Positions 46,315 to 52,156 of a stretch of 52,156 nt of DNA are shown one piece after another. Origin of the DNA: a virus (lineage: Duplodnaviria > Caudoviricetes); the IMG/VR virus record IMGVR_UViG_3300025120_000077, positions 1 through 52,156 of that record; one strand, given 5' to 3'. A model generated the notes under the pieces. That model made no database searches, was not told where the DNA came from, and saw only the letters and a program-made list of their open reading frames with translations. The position numbers were made by a program, and so were the translations under genes. Position 1 is the stretch's first letter, and every line of letters starts with the position of its first letter.

Positions 46315-46568
46315 AACCAATTGGGAAATACGTTGTGATCAAAACCATTGAGGAAGAACTCAAAACCTCATCGGGGTTATTACTTTCTGCGGAGGATGCA
46401 AACCAGCTTCGGTATAAAAAGGGTAGGATTGTTGAGGTAGGTACTGATGTTGTAGCTATCGATAAGGATAGCCTGATATACTACGATAAACGTGCGGGAT
46501 ATACTATGCTTATTCATGATGAGCCTTATACGATTATTCGTGAGAATGACATTGTTCTTGTCGAATAG
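46311..46568 (+). CDS. groES: Co-chaperonin GroES
   Basis: MKPIGKYVVI, KTSSGLLL mobile loop, GRIVEVG and IIRENDIV. Confidence 0.92.
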   Translation: MKPIGKYVVIKTIEEELKTSSGLLLSAEDANQLRYKKGRIVEVGTDVVAIDKDSLIYYDKRAGYTMLIHDEPYTIIRENDIVLVE

Positions 46569-46986
46569 CCTCGTTCATTTTTAGAATTTGTTTTCTATAA
46601 ACCTTATCGCTATAGCCTATCTCAGCCATAAAAATGGGGTTGTTTGATTTTGCTGTTGGGATCATGCCACCATCCAATTTATCGTATATTGACCCTAGCA
46701 TTCTGTTGGCTTTAAACGACAAACCATAAAGGGCCTTTTTTCTTTCTCGTCTGTTGTATGGTTTTATAACTTCAATCCATCCCTCTTGACGGAGTTTGTT
46801 AAATCTATTTTTATTCCAGCCTAGCACTGAATTAAACTCTTGAAACTTATCTACGTTAAAGTATTCTTCGCTATATAAAAACAGCAGCATGTCTAGCTCT
46901 TGAGTGTTAACTTTATACTTTCTCATCACGAAGTATCGGATGACTCTCCAGTATTTCAAGTAGTCTCTGTTTCTTGAATTTTTCAT
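46534..46986 (-). CDS. Winged-helix (MarR-like) DNA-binding protein
   Basis: ELDMLLFLY...FNKLRQEGWIEV...LYGLSFKA pattern. Confidence 0.55.
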   Translation of the reverse strand: MKNSRNRDYLKYWRVIRYFVMRKYKVNTQELDMLLFLYSEEYFNVDKFQEFNSVLGWNKNRFNKLRQEGWIEVIKPYNRRERKKALYGLSFKANRMLGSIYDKLDGGMIPTAKSNNPIFMAEIGYSDKVYRKQILKMNEAIRQEQCHSHE

Positions 46987-47000
46987 TAGATTTAATTTTA

Positions 47001-47008
47001 TAACTTTG
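47001..47008 (+). promoter_or_regulatory. -7 promoter box (TAACTTTG) in a divergent gap
   Basis: TAnnTTTG; a TATCTTTA variant on the minus strand at 47011-47018 faces the other gene. Confidence 0.55.
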
Positions 47009-47033
47009 TATAAAGATATTTATTATTATACGG

Positions 47034-47402
47034 ATGCAAAAAGATATTGCCAAAGAAATTAGGAACTACGCAGGGGCGTTAGGGATATTTATAGTTGTTA
47101 TTGGGCTATTATTTTTCTTATCCTTCAATCAAATACCTACAGAAAACAAAGATTTATTTGTTTCTATAGTTGGTGTAATATCAGGCTCCTTGTCTGTTAT
47201 TCTTTTCACCATCATAGGAAGAAACCCAAATGAGGTACAAGAGCTTAAAAATTCAAATGAAAAACTAAGCGGTCAAGTACATCAGCTGATACGTCAGAAG
47301 GATGAGCTTGAAGGAATGCTTATAGAGATGCAAAAGGAAATAGTAGACAAGCTTTCAATCGCCGGCGTATACTTTGAATTAAAAAACAAAAAGAAAGAAT
47401 AA
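47034..47402 (+). CDS. Two-TM membrane protein with coiled-coil tail (holin-like candidate)
   Basis: Two hydrophobic segments followed by heptads and a basic C-terminus. Confidence 0.55.
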   Translation: MQKDIAKEIRNYAGALGIFIVVIGLLFFLSFNQIPTENKDLFVSIVGVISGSLSVILFTIIGRNPNEVQELKNSNEKLSGQVHQLIRQKDELEGMLIEMQKEIVDKLSIAGVYFELKNKKKE

Positions 47403-47430
47403 TAATTTAACTTAATCAAAATTAGAAATC

Positions 47431-47538
47431 ATGGCTAGTAAAAAAACAGAAACAAAAAAAGCAGCACCGAAAAAACCTGCAGCACCAAAAACCAGACAAC
47501 TCTGGAATGGTGAGCAGTATGTAACAGTTAAAATTTAA
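47431..47538 (+). CDS. 35-aa Lys/Ala/Pro-rich peptide (MASKKTETKKAAPKKPAAPK...)
   Basis: Hand-translated; AGAAATC leader; histone H1-like composition. Confidence 0.6.
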   Translation: MASKKTETKKAAPKKPAAPKTRQLWNGEQYVTVKI

Positions 47539-47541
47539 GTT

Positions 47542-47730
47542 ATGCCCGATCCAAGGAAAAAACTTTACGATTCTATTCCTATGCGGAATAAACAGATCGA
47601 TACACTTAAAACAAAATTTAAGATTGGACCATCAGGTATGGCTTATAACCCAGCCTACGAAGCTGGTAGAAACCCACAGGTGAACGACTCAGTTCCTGTA
47701 ACACAAAAAAATAAACCTAAAAGAAAATAA
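47542..47730 (+). CDS. Small basic protein
   Basis: ORF track; tightly packed. Confidence 0.6.
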   Translation: MPDPRKKLYDSIPMRNKQIDTLKTKFKIGPSGMAYNPAYEAGRNPQVNDSVPVTQKNKPKRK

Positions 47731-47732
47731 TT

Positions 47733-47888
47733 ATGCCTACAGTAAAACTACCTAACGGAACAAGCAGAACCTTTCCCTACAATGCGGTAGGAAAAGCACA
47801 AGCCGACACATTTGCCAGAATGATGAAAGGCAAAAAGAAAAACAACCCAGGTTATGGGATGGAGAAAAAAACTAAGTCTGGTTACTAA
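47733..47888 (+). CDS. 51-aa basic protein (MPTVKLPNGTSRTFPY...)
   Basis: Hand-translated; TAATG overlap with the next ORF. Confidence 0.65.
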   Translation: MPTVKLPNGTSRTFPYNAVGKAQADTFARMMKGKKKNNPGYGMEKKTKSGY

Positions 47889-48043
47889 TGGCCGGAAGAA
47901 CAAAATCAAAGGGCAACAAAATCTGCCCCGCAGGCATAGCATGGGCCAAGCGTACTTTTGACAAGTACCCTTCGGCTTATGCTAATATGGCGGCAAGCAA
48001 ATATTGCAAAGACCCGAACTATGCGAAAAAAAGCAAACGATGA
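47888..48043 (+). CDS. 51-aa basic protein (..KICPAGIAWAKRTFDKYPSAYAN..)
   Basis: Hand-translated; coupled overlaps at both ends. Confidence 0.7.
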   Translation: MAGRTKSKGNKICPAGIAWAKRTFDKYPSAYANMAASKYCKDPNYAKKSKR

Positions 48044-48159
48044 TAGATTCAAAAAAATTAAGAACGATTTCTGCTGAGTTAAAAAAAGCCTCTGCTATGC
48101 ATAAGGCACAAGCAGGACGAATTGATCGTATGTTAAAATCTTTAAATAAGAAAAAATGA
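48040..48159 (+). CDS. 39-aa basic helical peptide (MIDSKKLRTISAELKKASAMHKAQA..)
   Basis: Hand-translated; ATGA overlaps. Confidence 0.6.
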   Translation: MIDSKKLRTISAELKKASAMHKAQAGRIDRMLKSLNKKK

Positions 48160-48236
48160 AATATCAACCCATGTGCCAGTGTGGCAATACATCAAATGCT
48201 GATGGCCACTGTGATGGTTCACACTTAAACAAGTAG
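48156..48236 (+). CDS. 26-aa CDGSH-motif microprotein (MKYQPMCQCGNTSNADGHCDGSHLNK)
   Basis: CxCxxT-x6-CDGSH; ATGA overlap with the upstream stop; next ATG 2 nt after its own stop. Confidence 0.7.
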   Translation: MKYQPMCQCGNTSNADGHCDGSHLNK

Positions 48237-48238
48237 AG

Positions 48239-48373
48239 ATGAGTAAGATGAACAAAAAAACGCGGATGAAAAAACGTCCAGCATTCGGTATGCTAAGTGT
48301 AAAAGCAGGCATCGATAATAATCCCAACCCTACTCAAGCAGATAGAATTGCTGGAGCTCAAATGAAAAGCTAG
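48239..48373 (+). CDS. 44-aa basic peptide (..FGMLSVKAGIDNNPNPTQADRIAGA..)
   Basis: Hand-translated; tightly packed. Confidence 0.65.
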   Translation: MSKMNKKTRMKKRPAFGMLSVKAGIDNNPNPTQADRIAGAQMKS

Positions 48374-48606
48374 TGAGCGAGCTTAAAAAATGGCGCGATC
48401 AGAAGTGGGTTCGTATAGGCACCGACGGAAAGATTAAAGGCGCTTGCGGAACAAGCAAGAACAAGAAAAATCCTGATCGATGTTTGCCATTAGCAAAAGC
48501 AAGAAGACTTAGTAAAAAACAATTGGCTGCTACCGCTAAAAAGAAAAAAGCTTCAGGCGGTAAAAAACAATTTGTAAGAAACACTTCAACTGTAAGAAAC
48601 GCATAA
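48373..48606 (+). CDS. Small basic phage protein (LKKW..KWV..CG..CLP)
   Basis: GTG start overlapping the upstream TAG. Confidence 0.7.
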   Translation: MSELKKWRDQKWVRIGTDGKIKGACGTSKNKKNPDRCLPLAKARRLSKKQLAATAKKKKASGGKKQFVRNTSTVRNA

Positions 48607-48722
48607 TGAAAAAATTTAAAGTTCACAAGATGTATAGCAAAACGGGATTAGTAAAAACTGCTAAGACAATGGCAGATCATAACCGTTTAAAAAAACAAGG
48701 CTATACGCATAAAAAAAAGTAA
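48606..48722 (+). CDS. 38-aa basic peptide (MKKFKVHKMY..DHNRLKKQGYTHKKK)
   Basis: Hand-translated; TAATG overlap. Confidence 0.6.
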   Translation: MKKFKVHKMYSKTGLVKTAKTMADHNRLKKQGYTHKKK

Positions 48723-49013
48723 ATGGCTAATAAGACCAAGATGAAATGCAATGTCGTAGTAAAAAGCGATAGGGCAGGAAAAAAGAAAATGGTTAAGGGC
48801 TGCGAGGGTGGAAAGGAAAAACTTATTCATTTTGGCGCTAGCGGTTATGGACATAACTATTCTGCAGCAGCAAGAAAATCTTTTAAGGCTAGACACAAGT
48901 GTAGCACTGCAAAGTCTAAACTTACTGCAAGATATTGGTCGTGTAAAAAATTATGGGCAGGATCGGGAGGATCTACCAAAAGTTCACCTAAAAATAGACA
49001 AGGAAAATATTAG
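48723..49013 (+). CDS. Small basic phage protein (IHFG..ARKSFKARHKC..ARYWSCK)
   Basis: Motif pattern common in aquatic phage small virion-region proteins. Confidence 0.7.
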   Translation: MANKTKMKCNVVVKSDRAGKKKMVKGCEGGKEKLIHFGASGYGHNYSAAARKSFKARHKCSTAKSKLTARYWSCKKLWAGSGGSTKSSPKNRQGKY

Positions 49014-49021
49014 TATCTTTG
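49014..49021 (+). promoter_or_regulatory. -7 promoter box (TATCTTTG)
   Basis: TAnnTTTG directly after a stop codon. Confidence 0.55.
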
Positions 49022-49047
49022 TCTGTATAATTTAAAATATTTCAATT

Positions 49048-49260
49048 ATGGATCAAGGTTATAACGCTCGTCTAGATGAGTCTTTAGGAGCAAAAAACGG
49101 AAAGAAAACTCAAAGCTATAAAGCTAGGAGAGACGAAAGCAAAGCCATGTCAAAAAGATTATATGGTCATTCTTACGGAGGGGATCATTCTATGGTTTAC
49201 GAATCTCATGGTGAGAAGGGTAGTGTTAAAGGTCATTTATCATCTTTGATTAAAAAGTAA
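49048..49260 (+). CDS. Small basic protein (QGYNARLDESLG)
   Basis: ORF track; coupled to the next ORF. Confidence 0.65.
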   Translation: MDQGYNARLDESLGAKNGKKTQSYKARRDESKAMSKRLYGHSYGGDHSMVYESHGEKGSVKGHLSSLIKK

Positions 49261-49466
49261 TGGCAGTTAGAGGCAGAACAAAAGCAGGTGCATTTCCTGA
49301 GATAAAGGAAAAAAACCAAGGTAAATTTACCCGGTGGGCTAAGAATAATATGCCTGGTAAAAGCACTTGCAGTGCTGCGTCAGCTGTAATGAAAAGTAAA
49401 AACAAATATTCAAAGAGTGTAGTTGCTATGGCAAATTATGCTAATAATTTTGGATGTAAAAAATAA
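49260..49466 (+). CDS. Small basic protein (IKEKNQGKFTRWAK..ANYANN)
   Basis: ORF track; TAATG overlap. Confidence 0.65.
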   Translation: MAVRGRTKAGAFPEIKEKNQGKFTRWAKNNMPGKSTCSAASAVMKSKNKYSKSVVAMANYANNFGCKK

Positions 49467-49468
49467 TT

Positions 49469-49624
49469 ATGAAATCCAAAGGGTTAGGAGATAGCGTTGC
49501 AAAATTCACACAGGCCACTGGCATAAAGTACGTTGTTGATAAAGTTGCAGAAGCAACAAACAGCGACTGCGGATGTGATGAACGCCGCGACACTTTGAAC
49601 CGAGTATTTCCATATAAAAGATAA
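49469..49624 (+). CDS. 51-aa phage protein (MKSKGLGDSVAKFT..DCGCDERRDTLN)
   Basis: Hand-translated; GLGD...CGC pattern frequent in Bacteroidota phages. Confidence 0.7.
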   Translation: MKSKGLGDSVAKFTQATGIKYVVDKVAEATNSDCGCDERRDTLNRVFPYKR

Positions 49625-49629
49625 TAACT

Positions 49630-50133
49630 ATGGCATATCAAAAATTACAAGCTGGAAGAGCTTGGTCAGTAAATCCAAGCGACAACACCGACATCCCCAA
49701 CAATGGTTTAAATAGTCCTACCGGCACAACAACAACGGGTAGTGCTACACAATTAATAGATGCCAATAGAGTGGGTACGGATCCTAGTAATATGGCAACT
49801 TTAAGTTTTTTATTAGCTGGAATAAAGCCTGGGATGATAATTGTTAATACAACGGACTCAACACAAACTACAGTATTAAAAGTGGTTAATGCTACTACTT
49901 TGTTGGTAAAAGATAATGTCTTTGCAGTCACAGCAAAAAGTTATGCTATATACGGTGGGGTACAAGACGGAGCTGTTTTGTATGTAGGAGCTTCAGGAAA
50001 TATTAGAGTCACTACCGCGGGTGGTGATGATGTAATATTTGTTGGTGTGCCGACAGGTACATTTTTTCCCGTTCAAGTAGTTAAGGTGTGGAGTACAAGC
50101 ACAACTGCTACTAATATTATGGCGTTATGGTAA
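49630..50133 (+). CDS. Virion structural protein (spike-base-like)
   Basis: VNPSD...LYVGASGNIRVT..GDDVIF.GVPTG.FFPVQVVKV..T.TTATNIMALW resembles the GTA head-spike base family, with an inserted domain. Confidence 0.6.
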   Translation: MAYQKLQAGRAWSVNPSDNTDIPNNGLNSPTGTTTTGSATQLIDANRVGTDPSNMATLSFLLAGIKPGMIIVNTTDSTQTTVLKVVNATTLLVKDNVFAVTAKSYAIYGGVQDGAVLYVGASGNIRVTTAGGDDVIFVGVPTGTFFPVQVVKVWSTSTTATNIMALW

Positions 50134-50155
50134 TAGTAATTGGTATTATTATATA

Positions 50156-50299
50156 ATGATAAGTTACATAGCTATAAGCAACTCCATTGGGAGTTTAAAA
50201 ATAATAAGTGGCTCTGGATCTAGTCAAAGAATAGTATCAGAAGTATCGGATCAAATTGTAACTGAAGCCTCTAGTCAAAACATGATAACAGAACAATAA
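50156..50299 (+). CDS. 47-aa peptide with repeated I-V/I-T/S-E motifs
   Basis: Hand-translated MISYIAISNSIG...RIVSEVSDQIVTEASSQNMITEQ; stop 1 nt before the next ATG. Confidence 0.55.
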   Translation: MISYIAISNSIGSLKIISGSGSSQRIVSEVSDQIVTEASSQNMITEQ

Positions 50300-50300
50300 A

Positions 50301-51803
50301 ATGGCAGTAAAATTTTCACAGTTCACCCAAGAAACAGTAGCCGCTAATGTAACGAGATTGGTAGGATATACAGCTACTGGAGATTTAAATATCCAAATAC
50401 CACCCGCTAATTTAGATACTACATATACTTTTGCCACTGCACAAGATGGCAACAATGTAGATTTAACCCTAACTGGCACAAAAACAGGAACAGCAAATAC
50501 AACTGAGGTATTGCAGTTTACTGCAGGCGCAGGCGTAACCCTTACCTCTGGAACGGATGCCCTAACCATTGCGGCTACTGGGGCTGTTAGTTCGGTTGAC
50601 GAAACAACACCGGGGACATCAAGTGGTGTACCTATAGTAGTTAATCCAACAACTGGAGCTGTCCTTATCCAGTCAATGTCATATGCTGGGACAACAAATA
50701 TCGGCCATGTCCCCGCTGGCGGAACGGCTTCTACTTTTTTGAGAGGGGATGGAACTTGGGTTACACCATCAGGAGGGTTTTCAAACTTTGACATTGCTGG
50801 TGACACGGGAAGCGAAACAGTAAATAGTGGTGATACTGTAACATTTACAGGTGGCACGAATATTACCACCGCAGTCACTGCAACCGATACGGTAACTATT
50901 AATTTAGATACTACCGCAACGCTTTGGACTTTAGCTGGAGGAGATGGCGCAGGTACAAGTCAAATAATTACCCCTGGCAATATTGCAACAATTAAAGAAA
51001 ACACATCCACAATTAAAAACAGCGTACAAGTTGGTGGTGGTATACAAACAAAAGCAAACGACACAGATGAATTATTACTTGATCAAACGGCGGAGCTTGT
51101 TGTAACGATGATAAATCCAGGCAGTGGAAATCTTTTGTATATAGACGGAGACTACCAGCCTATAATAAATTTAACCCAAGGCTTCACTTACGAGTTTAAT
51201 CAAGATGCAGCTACAAACAGTGGGCATCCATTAGAAATTGGAGAAGTTCTAGATGGAGCAACTCCTTATGCAACAGGTATACAATACTACGGAAGCGCTT
51301 CGGCAAACACTTTAACACTAGTAGACCAAGACGATTATGTTACAAACAGTGCAACATATTCAGGGGGTTCAGGGACAGCGAGAGTAAGATTAAGAATTAC
51401 TCAAAATACACCTGCACTTTATTATTATTGTTCAAACCACTCTGGAATGGGTGGATCATTAGTTGCATTAAACGATAGATATACAGGCTTGTCTGCCCTA
51501 GGGTCAGGATCAACCTTTGCTTTAAATTTTGCAACTGCGACTACATTTACTGCTACAGCTAATGCTAATGCAACATTTAACTTTAGCAATGCCATTCAGG
51601 GACAGGTTGTAGATTTAATTGTAAGTGGGGCATACACACTAGAGTTTGCAGAAACAGGAAGTACATTTAACAGAGTGGGCTCAGTGGAATATGATTCAAC
51701 TACAAATAATATAATTCAAATTATTTGCACGGATGATGCTCCCGGCGCAAAAGTATATCATTATTCAGTAGCAACATTCCAAAGCGACACAACACCAGGA
51801 TAA
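50301..51803 (+). CDS. Fibre/spike protein with cupredoxin-like domain
   Basis: T/G-rich repeats, FLRGDGTW fibre motif, NSGHPL...LYYYCSNHSGMGG. Confidence 0.7.
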   Translation: MAVKFSQFTQETVAANVTRLVGYTATGDLNIQIPPANLDTTYTFATAQDGNNVDLTLTGTKTGTANTTEVLQFTAGAGVTLTSGTDALTIAATGAVSSVDETTPGTSSGVPIVVNPTTGAVLIQSMSYAGTTNIGHVPAGGTASTFLRGDGTWVTPSGGFSNFDIAGDTGSETVNSGDTVTFTGGTNITTAVTATDTVTINLDTTATLWTLAGGDGAGTSQIITPGNIATIKENTSTIKNSVQVGGGIQTKANDTDELLLDQTAELVVTMINPGSGNLLYIDGDYQPIINLTQGFTYEFNQDAATNSGHPLEIGEVLDGATPYATGIQYYGSASANTLTLVDQDDYVTNSATYSGGSGTARVRLRITQNTPALYYYCSNHSGMGGSLVALNDRYTGLSALGSGSTFALNFATATTFTATANANATFNFSNAIQGQVVDLIVSGAYTLEFAETGSTFNRVGSVEYDSTTNNIIQIICTDDAPGAKVYHYSVATFQSDTTPG

Positions 51804-51804
51804 C

Positions 51805-52156
51805 ATGAAAGCAAAACTAATAGACGGGAATATTATCACCTACAAGCAAGTACCCAATACATATACCAAATCAAATGGTAGTGTGGTACTTAACTTTAGT
51901 AAATCTGATAGAGCAGAGCTAGAGGCCGAAGGGTTTTACGATTTAGTAAAGCCTGTTTATAATCAACTTACACAAGATAGAGGAGGATTGCAGTGGGATG
52001 AAGAAAATAAGATATTTACTTTTCCTATCACCGACAAAGATTTTGACGCTACCTATGATGAGCTTGACGAGGACGGAAAGCCTACTGGCAACAAGTTGCC
52101 CGTATATGATGTGGATGTTTTAAAGGCTACTACAATAAAAGGGTTAAAAGGTACAG
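51805..52156 (+). CDS. Fibre-associated/assembly protein, 3'-truncated by the window
   Basis: Open frame MKAKLIDG...LEAEGFYDLVKP runs to the window end. Confidence 0.55.
   Translation, partial: MKAKLIDGNIITYKQVPNTYTKSNGSVVLNFSKSDRAELEAEGFYDLVKPVYNQLTQDRGGLQWDEENKIFTFPITDKDFDATYDELDEDGKPTGNKLPVYDVDVLKATTIKGLKGT

Overview
This is a 52 kb segment of a tailed dsDNA phage, probably a short-tailed phage of a Bacteroidota/Flavobacteriia host. The host call rests on TAnnTTTG -7 promoter boxes in about ten intergenic gaps, A/C-rich leaders without Shine-Dalgarno sequences and a BT4734/VirE-N primase. Positions 1-29.2 kb (+) are morphogenesis genes: portal C-terminus, scaffold, major capsid, ring proteins and a tail 'stabilization/muzzle' propeller split over three ORFs. 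A GT60-FkbM-GT32 glycosylation cassette sits inside that split locus between two Pro/Thr-rich linkers, followed by a GNAT and three ejection proteins, one a 2575-aa polyvalent protein with ART-like and HExxH domains. Positions 29.3-37.0 kb (-) are replication/recombination genes: VRR-NUC, SNF2-like helicase, primase-SF3 helicase, SSB-like protein, RecE-like exonuclease, ERF, ParB-like and DnaA-C-like HTH. Positions 37.4-43.2 kb (-) are an early operon of small genes, including ArdC and a SET domain. Positions 43.8 kb to the end (+) hold groEL/groES, a dense run of tiny basic ORFs (one is a 26-aa CDGSH peptide) and fibre genes. The most unusual signal is non-coding and lies in the early operon. 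Its leader contains a complete type III hammerhead ribozyme. Three gene junctions carry a covarying ~40-nt anticodon-less mini-tRNA (short closing stem + UGG linker + TTCGATT T-arm), each followed by a small hairpin and an A/C-rich leader. A fourth junction has a degenerate hammerhead core. Together these suggest an RNA-structure-based transcript punctuation or cassette system. No canonical tRNA, CRISPR array, integrase, DNA polymerase or RNA polymerase was recognised in the window.
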